From an uncultured Verrucomicrobiae bacterium (GTDB taxonomy: Bacteria > Verrucomicrobiota > Verrucomicrobiia > Chthoniobacterales > UBA10450): DNA of 64,000 nucleotides. The notes beneath the pieces were generated by a model. The model was not told where the DNA came from, made no database searches, and worked only from the letters and a program-made list of their open reading frames with translations. Shown in pieces: positions 1-8,740 of this stretch (positions within the stretch are counted from its first letter, which is position 1; the number at the start of each line of letters is the position of its first letter). The position numbers and the translations under genes are program-made. The stretch lies in NCBI GenBank assembly GCA_963756875.1, contig CAVWPA010000001.1, positions 160,001 through 224,000 on the forward strand. Reading direction: 5' to 3'.

Positions 1-3
1 GTC

Positions 4-264
4 ATGGATTTTCAATCCAAATTGAAGGCACTCACTGACACGGATCATTTCGTGCGGGGATTGATGGTTTTTCCCAACGCGTACGTGGAAGCAAACTTCG
101 GCTCCACCAGAGAAATCCATTGTCTTCGCTCCGAGCGGCTGATCGATTATCTTAGCAATGAAAAGTTCCGGCAGAAACTCTCATCTGGCGAAGTAGAGCG
201 AATCCGGAGAGCGACGCTGCAGTTGGCCGGGATGGACGAGCGCTTCATGGCCTCGCAAAGCTGA
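4..264 (+). CDS. hypothetical protein, probably the C-terminal part of a gene entering from the left (possibly NERD-domain)
   Basis: ORF at the window edge with protein-like composition; family assignment weak. Confidence 0.4.
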   Translation: MDFQSKLKALTDTDHFVRGLMVFPNAYVEANFGSTREIHCLRSERLIDYLSNEKFRQKLSSGEVERIRRATLQLAGMDERFMASQS

Positions 265-514
265 AAGCTGCCCCGGCGCTCAAGACTAGGCCTTTTCCGC
301 GTCGCGAGCGCCTCGGCTGGGTCTCGACCTGGCCTAATCAGCTGATGGAAAGGCACCTCTCCGGCGGCCGGATCTGATGAAGTTTTTAATGTCAATTACC
401 TCCCGCACCCGATCCAGAACCGCCGAAAAGGTGATTCATAAATAGCGTATCAGTTCAAACTCGTTAGGCCACTCGCTCTGGTAGATCCTCGATTTACAAG
501 TGTGATCGGATTCT

Positions 515-548
515 TTGACACGCACCGAGAATACGCTACTTAGCGTAT
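515..548 (+). promoter_or_regulatory. sigma70-type promoter overlapped by a palindromic operator, likely leaderless transcript
   Basis: TTGACA at 515-520; inverted repeat ATACGCTA-CT-TAGCGTAT at 531-548 abuts ATG 549; no Shine-Dalgarno. Confidence 0.6.
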
Positions 549-881
549 ATGCCAGATGACGTTCTCAGCTTTGGTCGGCGGATCGCAAATCAGCGAAAGG
601 AATTAGGACTTAGTCTGCAAGAAGTCGCAGACCAAGTTAAAAAAGAAGATGGGGAGACGATATCTCCGCAATACCTTAACGATATTGAACATGACCGGCG
701 ACAGCCTGATTCGAATCACTTGATCCAACAGTTGGCGTCGGCGCTCAAGCTCCCGCCGGAAGTGCTTTATTACGAAGCAGGAAAACTCGGGGACTCCACA
801 CGGGTTCGGAGAGTAAGCGAAGAGAAAATCGTTGCGGCATACAAGGCATTCCGCCGCGAATTGAAAGGTCTAGGCAAATGA
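549..881 (+). CDS. XRE-family helix-turn-helix transcriptional regulator
   Basis: FGRRIANQRKELGLSLQEVA...ISPQYLNDIEHDRRQP HTH_3 pattern. Confidence 0.9.
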   Translation: MPDDVLSFGRRIANQRKELGLSLQEVADQVKKEDGETISPQYLNDIEHDRRQPDSNHLIQQLASALKLPPEVLYYEAGKLGDSTRVRRVSEEKIVAAYKAFRRELKGLGK

Positions 882-1590
882 AGTACGTGCCCGATCGCAC
901 TGGCCGATTCCCCAAGCGCCCGCACTACGAACCAGCTGAACTAGACCAAGAATGTGAGCACATCATCACTGATTTCCTGCGCGATCGTTGCGGTGGTTTT
1001 CGGTTGCCGATACCGACCGAAGCGTTGACAAAGCTCATCGAGAAAGATGCCGAAGACCTTGATCTATTCGCAGACCTATCTGGAGAAGGTAGCGATGTCG
1101 AGGGGGTGACGGACTTCGTCGCTAAATGCAAACCGCGTGTGCGGATTTCCGGCACTCTGTCAGCCCAGCGTAGTGAGAACCGTCTCCGGACCACTCTGGC
1201 GCACGAGTGCCAGGTCACGTGAAGTTCCACGATTTTCTGTGGCAGGTTGAGGTAACAAATCAAAGACTTCATCCGCAGTTCGCACGCGGGACTTCGCCTA
1301 AGTGTCACCGGGGGCGAATCCTTGATGCGCCGTACTCCGATTGGATGGAGTGGCAGGCGGGATACATATCAGGGGGCTTGCTGATGCCGGCCACTGCGAT
1401 TCGGGAAATTACCGGGACGTTCTTGGAAACTCATAAACTTTTCGTTCCCGTGCCGTCGACGGCGAATGAAGCTGGGCAGCTTGTAAATTTGATTCATACC
1501 GCTTTTGCTGTTTCCCTCGAGGCTGCCCGTGTTCGTTTGTTGAAGCTCAAACTGTTAAGCTCCGTCGATCTGGGACCGCAACTGTTCTGA
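878..1590 (+). CDS. ImmA/IrrE-family zinc metallopeptidase (frameshift near 1210)
   Basis: ORFs 878-1222 and 1207-1590 join to give RLRTTLAHEC/GHVKFH (HExxH) and MEWQAGYISGGLLMP; start overlaps the XRE stop. Confidence 0.85.
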
Positions 1591-1601
1591 TTTTATTTTT
1601 C

Positions 1602-1630
1602 TTGCGTTTACGTCAATCCGCGGATACGCT
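1602..1630 (+). promoter_or_regulatory. putative sigma70 promoter for the DUF3892-DUF2235 genes
   Basis: TTGCGT-N17-TACGCT; the -10 coincides with an ATACGCT operator half-site. Confidence 0.45.
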
Positions 1631-1687
1631 TAATGACGGATGCGGATGAACCGCGTTCAATCAATAAAATACGTGAGCAAACAGTAT

Positions 1688-1990
1688 ATGAAAGAATACC
1701 AAGTAACGTGCGTAACGAAGCCGGATCGCTTTAGCAGGCACGAGCATATCACGCATATCGGCAATGTCGCCGATAAGTGGAAGATCACACGCGAGCTGAC
1801 CGTCGAGAAAATCGAATCCAAGCAGGAGGCCTTTTTCACCGTAGATCGCACTACGGGGCGAAAGATGTACGTGGGCGTCGTCCGCGAAGCAGGCCGACTG
1901 CCTTATCTCCGCACACACGCTGACGGAAAATGGAACGATAACTTGCTGGCCCAAGCAGAATGCAACGGGTCGTGCAAATTGATTGGCTAA
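1688..1990 (+). CDS. DUF3892 domain protein
   Basis: QVTCVTKPDRFSRHEHITHIG...YLRTHADGKWNDNLL resembles DUF3892. Confidence 0.8.
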   Translation: MKEYQVTCVTKPDRFSRHEHITHIGNVADKWKITRELTVEKIESKQEAFFTVDRTTGRKMYVGVVREAGRLPYLRTHADGKWNDNLLAQAECNGSCKLIG

Positions 1991-2049
1991 TTAGGATTGG
2001 GGTGGCGAACAAATAATTGCCGCCCCAAATTCCCTGACACGAGGAACGT

Positions 2050-3446
2050 ATGAATATCATAATTTATTCGGACGGCACTGGTCAGCGGGGAGGGCTATTG
2101 TTCGACGAGCGACGCAGCAACATCTACAAGCTGTTTCGGGCAACACGTTGTGGCCCGGATTCGTCTATCAATCCTGCCGAACAATTAACCTTTTACGATC
2201 CTGGCCTAGGCACCGTGCCGCCAGGCCACGGCGGCTCTGGCATCATTGCAGCCCTGTGGCGTTCATTCTACAATCGCGTTAGTCAAGCCACGGGCCTCGG
2301 CATCACGCGCAACATCGTCGACTGCTATGCGGCCACTGTCCAACTTTGGCATCCCGGCGACCGTATCTTTTTGTTCGGCTTCAGTCGAGGTGCTTACACG
2401 GTGCGGCGCTTAAGTGCGGTACTGGCGATGTGCGGCGTTCCCACTCAAGATAAAGGAGCCAGGTCGCTTCGCCGCGATGAAAATACGGCAAAGCGAATCG
2501 CGGTGGAGGGCGTCAAAAAGGTCTATCAACACACTGAGTCAAGAAAGACGTTTGCCACGACTCGGCAAAAAGAGCTGCACGCGCAGCGCGAAGAATTGGC
2601 CCGGCGTTTTCGCGGACGGTACGCGTCAGCTGATCCGACCGACGCAAGCAAAGCGAACGTCTACCCGTATTTCATCGGCGTTTTCGACACCGTGGCTTCG
2701 TTGGCGAACCCGGTTGTAGCAACGTCGACGTTTCTTGTGGCAGTCTTGGCTCTCGCACTTCTTAGCTGCATCCTCGGCTGGTTTGTTTTCCACTTCGGCT
2801 TCTGGTTGTCGTTCGGCGCTGTCACGGCCATTGCTATTTTGATCGCGGCTCTGGCTTTAGTGAAAAGCTTGGTACGGTTCGAATTCGGTCTGCCGATAAA
2901 CAAGAATTGGCGTCCCTTCCATTTCACGGAGGTGCATATCGAGCAATACGAGACGGACCTCAGCACCGAGGTAACATATGCAAGGCATGCGATGTCGATC
3001 GACGAGCGTCGGAAATCGTTTTCGAGGGTGGGATGGGGCGGCTCCGATTCTGACAAGAAGACGCAGGAGGGATGGTTTGAACAACTATGGTTTGCGGGTA
3101 ACCATTCCGATGTTGGCGGTAGCTATTCGGAAAACGAATCCCGGCTATCGGATATCTCTCTCCAGTGGATGCTGGAAGCAGCTGTCAAAGCCGGCCTGAA
3201 ATACGATCCTTCCGTTCTCAAGCTGTTTCCAGACCCGTTTGGTCCTCAGCACGATGAAACCGAAGTAGTTTGTTTCGCTTGGCCCCGAAGTTAACGAGGG
3301 CGATTCCGCACGATGCACCGCTTCACCCTTCCGTCCTTGAGCGTTTCCAGGCCGCCGAAGTACTCGATTACGATACCGTTAGGCGGTACCGACCCGAGAA
3401 TCTTCGCAACCACGATGCGGTAAAGCAGTATTTTGTCGCTGAGTAG
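2050..3446 (+). CDS. DUF2235 (Tle1-like alpha/beta-hydrolase/phospholipase) with internal transmembrane hairpin; frameshifts near 3260-3350
   Basis: IIYSDGTGQ, SNIYKLF, YDPGLGT, GFSRGA nucleophile elbow, GVFDTV, HAMSIDERR, WFAGNHSDVGG; the C-terminus (LHPSVLERF...YRPENLRNH) continues in shifted frames to TAG 3446. Confidence 0.85.
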
Positions 3447-3552
3447 CTGAGTCGCGGCACCGATGTGTTTCGCGCCGTTAGAGCGCGATGATTCTTCTTG
3501 GTAAGAACGCGGCAATCACATAAACAAGGGCGGAGACGAAACCGTCACTTTT

Positions 3553-5170
3553 ATGCGGAACTGTTTGAAACGAGTCAGACTTGGGGCTGTCTATCCCATA
3601 TTCCTTTTGCTGGGTGGCTGTGGAAATGACACAGCCAGCACCGGGTCAACGCATTATCCTGATCAAAAACTAAAGGCACCGAACCATCTTGACCAAGGAG
3701 TGGTCTTGGCCTGGAATCGTGAATCACCGCCAGCCGACGATAAAGTCAATACAGTTTCCGTTGGTCAGACGTTAGTTGTTCGTGTCCGGAACTTGGATGG
3801 CTGGCTGGTCGATAAACTCAAGGATGGCCGATTGACAGGCGAGCCGGCTATGACACCGGAAGAACGATTTAATTACTTCGTTCTGCAAAAGTTGCGTGGC
3901 AGCGAGAAGGTTGATGATTTTCTCACAAGATATGAAGCGGCTGAGGCATTAGAAACACGACCGTCTTCGACCGTCTCGCCGCTCCCCTCGAATACGAACC
4001 CGGCGCCTAGCAAAATCCCTTCACCACTTCCGCCACTGCCCCCAGGTGTGACGGTAAAACAGCTGCGTGATGCGAGGATTCTTCGAAGCCCTACTTAGCC
4101 ACGTGAAGCGCCAGTTATTTTTGATAATCAACAACAGCCATTCATCAGATCAAAGCTGAAAATCCTGACGCCGGCGTAGTGACGGCAGAGTGAAGGCGAA
4201 GCCAGGCGATACCGTCCAGGAGTTTGATTTTCGGATACGACGTAGGCCAGGCGACGAAGATGCCTGGAACAATCTCTATGATGGAACGCGGGCGATTCAT
4301 GATGTGCGGGTAAGTCTTGGCATTGAACTGGACCAAAGAACATTCGTGCTCGATACGGCTGTGTACCTCAGGCCGACGCCAAGGTTCAACGAATGAAGCT
4401 TGAGCTTTTCAGTATGCATGGCTCTGGGGAACTCTCGCTGTCCTTGCGATTCTGCTCGTCGGCGGTTTTTGGCTTGCTTTGCGCACACCTTTGCTGCGCG
4501 ACATGGATATGCCAATGCGCGCTGATGGGTGGCCCCAATTCAGTCTTTCGCGGGCTCAACTCGCCTTTTGGACTGTACCTCGTGGTTGGAGCTTTTCTCA
4601 TAATCTGGCTTGTCACTGATCGTCAGACACCTTAAACCCCACTGTTCTCGCACTCCTGGGAATTAGCTGTGCGACCACGCTGGCTTCAAAGATGGCAAAC
4701 TTCACACTGGACGGGGGAACGACCGTGTCCGAACTGGCGAGAGCGGCCAGGCGTACTAAGCCGGTAAGCCAAGTACGGCAGGAACTTGCAACGGAGTTGA
4801 CGAACCTTGAACAGCTGGCCGCAACCCCTGCAAGCGAGGATGCCCAAAACAAACCAAATGTCCTCGCCGCCAAGATTCAGCAACTGCGGGATGATCTGGA
4901 CTACTTGAAGCACAGCCGGGTGACTAGATTTTTCATCGATCTCCTGGGAGAAACGGGACGGTAACATTGCACCGACTCCAGATTGTCGTGTGGACACTCG
5001 TTCTAGGGTTCGTATTTATTTCGAGGGTGTTGCGAGACCTGTCGATGCCGGTATTCAGCGATACTCTTCTCGGTCTTATGGGTCTAAGTTCGGCGACCTA
5101 CGTAGCACTCAAAGTTCCGGAATTGAAGAAGACGCAAGGACGGATTGATTCCATAGCCAAGGCTTCCTAG
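3553..5170 (+). pseudogene. membrane (lipo)protein of unknown function, broken by several frameshifts (or assembly errors)
   Basis: Lipobox-like LLLGGC; fragments 3553-4098, 4190-4396, 4393-4635, 4692-4964 and 4967-5170 (HRLQIVVWTLVLGFVF...LLGLMGLSSATY) read as one protein. Confidence 0.6.
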
Positions 5171-5211
5171 TAACGGGGGACCATAGCAGAGGGCGCGATC
5201 TGACTTCGAAC

Positions 5212-5241
5212 GTCCACCCGTTGCCCCCCTGGCGCTGGAAA
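5212..5241 (+). repeat. cassette-boundary repeat R1 (left half)
   Basis: GTCCACCCGTTGCCCCCCTGGCGCTGGAAA, near-identical to 6351-6382. Confidence 0.85.
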
Positions 5242-5312
5242 ATCACCTAGTCCCCCAGGTCGTGCAGAGGGGCGCTATTGACGGGTTAATGGATCGGGCG
5301 ACGAATACATCC

Positions 5313-6336
5313 ATGACAACTGCAACTCCTTGGCCTATTTGCTTCATTGCTAGCGCACTGGGCAAAAGAGAAGTCGATCAGATTTACGATAAGGGAATTC
5401 GCCCCGTGCTACGAAAGCTTCGCATCAGACCGGTGCGAGTCGACCGCATCGAGCACAACGATGACATCGACGACAAAATTCTGGCCCTGAATACAACGCT
5501 GCGAACTCTGTATCGCTGACCTCACCTTCGCACGCCCATCGGTTTATTATGAAGCCGGCATGGTTCACGGCCTTAGCAGGCCTGTTGTTTTCATCGCTCG
5601 GTCCGATCACTTCCGAGACAAGGACATCGATCCGCACGGGAACTTGCGGGTTCACTTTGATTTGCAGATGAAGAATGTCATTTCTTGGACCGGACCTAAT
5701 GCGGCATTTCGTAGCCGACTTCAGGGGCGGCTGAGAAAAGTGATTCAGCCTGTCCTGTTAAACCGAAGAAGGGAAGACGCTCTTTTGGAGCAGCGCGCTG
5801 CTTTTAAAACAATGCCCGTATTTCACCAGCTAGCGCTGATTCGCAGAATGACCGTGCAACTGCTACCAAGTCGAGGTTTCGGGGCCCTACGCCAGCGCGT
5901 CCATCGCGAGATGTCGAGCGTGTCCGAAACTGCACTGCGATGCATGAAAAGGAGTGCGACGGCCTCCGAAGATACAATCGAAATGTACGCTTTCGATCGT
6001 CTTACCAGCTCGCATTTAAACGAATGGTGGCGCTGGTCAATTCTGGGACGGTCGACAGATGATCCGACAAAGCACCATTACATCGTTTACCTAGCCATCA
6101 GTCTGAGGCGGGTCTCCGAAGCGACGTTTCGTTCCGCGCTTCCGCTCTTCAGACCGGTTGCCCCGTATCTTTTAACGCGCACCGAGCCGTCTGACCTTAC
6201 TGGCGGGGTGCCGCACACGATCTTTTTCTCATTGATTCAAAACGTTATGTCGATAGAAGAGCTCAGACAAAATCTTCGAGACCTTCTGGGGTGGCTTGAT
6301 AAGAATAAGTTGAGCTATCGCCCTCAAAGTGCCTAA
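5313..6336 (+). CDS. nucleoside 2-deoxyribosyltransferase-like N-terminal domain plus unknown C-terminal domain (frameshift near 5490)
   Basis: CFIASALGKREVDQIY...RVDRIEHNDDIDDKI joined to IADLTFARPSVYYEAG..HGLSRPVVFIAR. Confidence 0.75.
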
Positions 6337-6350
6337 GTTTCAAGGATAGG

Positions 6351-6404
6351 GTCCACCCGTTTTGCCCCCCTGGCGCTGGAAATTCGGTCTACTCCTGTCC
6401 AGAA
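6351..6404 (+). repeat. cassette-boundary repeat R2
   Basis: GTCCACCCGTTTTGCCCCCCTGGCGCTGGAAATTCGGTCTACTCCTGTCCAGAA, 15 bp after stop 6336. Confidence 0.85.
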
Positions 6405-6513
6405 CTGTCCACACGACTGTGCGGAGTTAATTCAATCGGAATTCTTTTAGCGTCCGTACCTGTCCTGATCTGTCCACCACGGGCCTAACGAGTCACAAAA
6501 TCGCCAAAAATCT

Positions 6514-6551
6514 TTGCGAACGAGACGCTCTACCAGCTGAGCTATACCCCC
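6514..6551 (-). tRNA. tRNA-Ala(CGC) 5' half only (positions 1-38), truncated at the end of the anticodon loop
   Basis: GGGGGTATAGCTCAGCTGGTAGAGCGTCTCGTTCGCAA followed by non-tRNA sequence; intact D-arm, G3, anticodon CGC at 6518-6516; no T-arm follows. Confidence 0.9.
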
Positions 6552-6570
6552 GAAATCTTTCAACTGCCGA

Positions 6571-6599
6571 GACTTAACGCGTGAAATCAGCTTGGTCAA
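6571..6599 (-). promoter_or_regulatory. possible promoter for the tRNA half
   Basis: TTGACC-N17-TAAGTC about 20 nt upstream of tRNA G1; -10 imperfect. Confidence 0.35.
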
Positions 6600-6611
6600 A
6601 AACCTGCCACC

Positions 6612-6664
6612 CCACCCGTTTTGCCCCCCCCGATGATTTTCCGTCAGTCCACTCCTGTCCAGAA
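6612..6664 (+). repeat. cassette-boundary repeat R3
   Basis: CCACCCGTTTTG(C)8GATGATTTTCCGTCAGTCCACTCCTGTCCAGAA. Confidence 0.85.
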
Positions 6665-6950
6665 AGTCAGGGTCGAACGTTGTGAGAATCGGTTCATTCT
6701 TCAACTCAAAACGCCCAACTGCGAGGGAAAAGTATCAAGGTAGAGCGGGATTTTTCAAGCGAGAAGGTCTGGGTCACTCGGGTTCGGATTAGGGCCGATT
6801 GTTTTGGCTTTCCGACCGAGGCTGAATAAAGTCCCTGCAGCAGGTAGAATCCATATGAAACCAAGTATTAGGTTAACCCAACTGTTCGCGGTAGTTTTTG
6901 CGCTCTGCACGATGACAGCGAGCGTCAGCTCGGCCAGGCAAAAGCCACCA
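6642..6950 (+). repeat. ~310 bp direct duplication (leader plus signal peptide), second copy ~7592-7903
   Basis: Near-identical sequence from CGTCAGTCCACTCC through ...GGCCAGGCAAAAGCC in both copies. Confidence 0.9.
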
Positions 6951-7589
6951 CCTGCTGGTCCAACCGGCGCGACCGGGGCGACTGGCCTAACTGGAGCCAC
7001 AGGCGCGACAGGTCCGACCGGCGCAACCGGCGTTGGTGTAGCTGGAACGACTGGCGCGACTGGGGTGATCGGCGCTACTGGCGCTACTGGCGCTACTGGC
7101 GCTACTGGCGCAACGGGAGCAATATCACAATTTGCTATGTTCTTTGGCTTAACATCTGGAACAGGAAATGCCGGACCAACAGATTACGCTGCAACCATTG
7201 CAGTTAAAAGTGCTGCTGGTACTGGACGAGTTCCTTTTCCACAGGATGGTCCAACAGCAGGAGGTATCATTCGTGTTGACGCTTCCAGCTTTATATTGCC
7301 CGACATTGGAACGTATGAAATTACTTTTAGGGTTCACACCACAGAGCCGGGTCAACTACAGCTTGAGCTTAATGGTGTTGATTTACCTGAGACTGTTGCC
7401 GTTAACGCGAATCCAACTTCGGGCGGACACCCTATTATTGGTAACTTCTTTATTACAACAACTTCTATTAATTCGGTATTGGCTGTAGTTAACCCTAGCG
7501 GTAACGCTACGGCGCTTACCATTACTCCTGCCGATGGAGCGGATACCCATGCAAACTCTCAGAGCTTAGCGATTAAAAGGATTGAATAA
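6855..7589 (+). CDS. secreted collagen-like protein 1 (signal peptide, GXT repeats, globular C-terminal domain)
   Basis: [18 protein letters not shown] signal; about 18 G-X-Y triplets; beta-rich C-domain reminiscent of BclA-type heads. Confidence 0.85.
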   Translation: MKPSIRLTQLFAVVFALCTMTASVSSARQKPPPAGPTGATGATGLTGATGATGPTGATGVGVAGTTGATGVIGATGATGATGATGATGAISQFAMFFGLTSGTGNAGPTDYAATIAVKSAAGTGRVPFPQDGPTAGGIIRVDASSFILPDIGTYEITFRVHTTEPGQLQLELNGVDLPETVAVNANPTSGGHPIIGNFFITTTSINSVLAVVNPSGNATALTITPADGADTHANSQSLAIKRIE

Positions 7590-7591
7590 TG

Positions 7592-7614
7592 CGTCAGTCC
7601 ACTCCTGTCCAGAA
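7592..7614 (+). repeat. cassette-boundary repeat R4 (right half)
   Basis: CGTCAGTCCACTCCTGTCCAGAA, 2 bp after stop 7589. Confidence 0.85.
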
Positions 7615-7806
7615 AAGTCAGGGTCGAACGCTGTAAGAATCGGCTCGCGCCTCAACTCAAAACGCCCAACTGCGAGGGAAAAGTATCAAGGTAGAGCGGG
7701 AATTTTCAAGCGAGAAGGTCTGGGTCACTCGGGTTCGGATTAGGGCCGATTGTTTTGGCTTTCCGGCGGAGGCTGAAATAAGGTCCCTGTATCCGGTAGA
7801 ATCGAT

Positions 7807-8565
7807 ATGAAACCAAGTATTAGGTTCACCCAACTGTTCGCGGTAGTTTTTGCGCTCTGCACGATGATGGCAAGCGTCAGCTTGGCCAGGCAAAAGCCTC
7901 CCCCAGTAGGCCCCACGGGTCCAACCGGCGCGACCGGCGCTACAGGCGCAACTGGCCCACAAGGCTCACCGGGAACGCAAGGTTCACCCGGGCCGCAGGG
8001 CTCACCGGGGCCCCAGGGCGTAACGGGCTCTACCGGAGCAACCGGAGCAACCGGAGCAACCGGAGCAACTGGCGCAACTGGCGCAACTGGGGCAACAGGT
8101 GTTGGTGCTACAGGAGCAACGGGAGCAACGGGAATTGTCGGCGCAGCAGAATTTGTAAGAACCATTCAGGTGCCAAATGATTCTGTGCCCCCAGGTACTG
8201 CGTTCACAATCGATACAGAAGTGTTCAATAATATTCCCGCAGAAATTGTTGCTTCAGCCGGAAGTGGCGGAACTGTTTTCACACTCACAGCGGGCACATA
8301 CGTCATAGACTATGAAATGAGTTTGACGTCAGCAGGTTCTATTGGCATTTACTCCGGACCTGACAGTGGATCTTTGGCTCTAGATACAAATACTGTTTCA
8401 GGGTCTACTACCGCCACAACATGGATTCATGGACGAGCTATTATTGTAGCGGTGGATTCGCTGACTTTCGGAATTAGTTCTGTTGTTGGTACTGCTTCAA
8501 TTGGACCTGCTGGAATTGATCCCGGTTCTTACATGATCCGACTCACCATTTTGAAAATAGAGTAA
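7807..8565 (+). CDS. secreted collagen-like protein 2 (same N-terminus, different C-terminal domain)
   Basis: [18 protein letters not shown]; about 25 G-X-Y triplets (GAT/GSP/GPQ); divergent C-domain. Confidence 0.85.
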   Translation: MKPSIRFTQLFAVVFALCTMMASVSLARQKPPPVGPTGPTGATGATGATGPQGSPGTQGSPGPQGSPGPQGVTGSTGATGATGATGATGATGATGATGVGATGATGATGIVGAAEFVRTIQVPNDSVPPGTAFTIDTEVFNNIPAEIVASAGSGGTVFTLTAGTYVIDYEMSLTSAGSIGIYSGPDSGSLALDTNTVSGSTTATTWIHGRAIIVAVDSLTFGISSVVGTASIGPAGIDPGSYMIRLTILKIE

Positions 8566-8636
8566 ATTAATCGCTCCCAGTTTTCGAACTCAACGCCGGT
8601 AGTGGTGCCTCACGGCGGTACAAGAATGATGTAAGG

Positions 8637-8687
8637 CCACCCGTTTTGCCCCCCTGATGATTTTCCGTCAGTCCACTCCTGTCCAGA
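8637..8687 (+). repeat. cassette-boundary repeat R5
   Basis: CCACCCGTTTTG(C)6TGATGATTTTCCGTCAGTCCACTCCTGTCCAGA, near-identical to R3. Confidence 0.85.
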
Positions 8688-8740
8688 CTCTGGTAGCAAA
8701 ATTGTCGCATCGCTGCTTGCCTGCCATAGATTCGGTAATC

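Noticed and set aside
6351..6513. Group I intron or tmRNA continuing from the tRNA half
   Set aside because: No recognisable P/Q/R/S core, no 3' exon on the same strand and no tag reading frame; the canonical D-arm argues against tmRNA.
6447..6704. 85-aa ORF containing GGIAQLVERLVR
   Set aside because: Spurious translation of the tRNA half and repeats.
6755..8165. Minus-strand PVAPVA-rich ORFs
   Set aside because: Antisense shadows of the collagen GAT repeats.
5212..8687. CRISPR array or classical integron interpretation of repeats R1-R5
   Set aside because: The intervals are 0.2-1.1 kb and gene-containing, and there are no cas genes. The repeats lack the RYYYAAC...GTTRRRY ends and hairpin of attC. 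Isolated GCCTAAC (6483) and GTTAGGC (463, 3378) do not pair into attC sites, and there is no intI.
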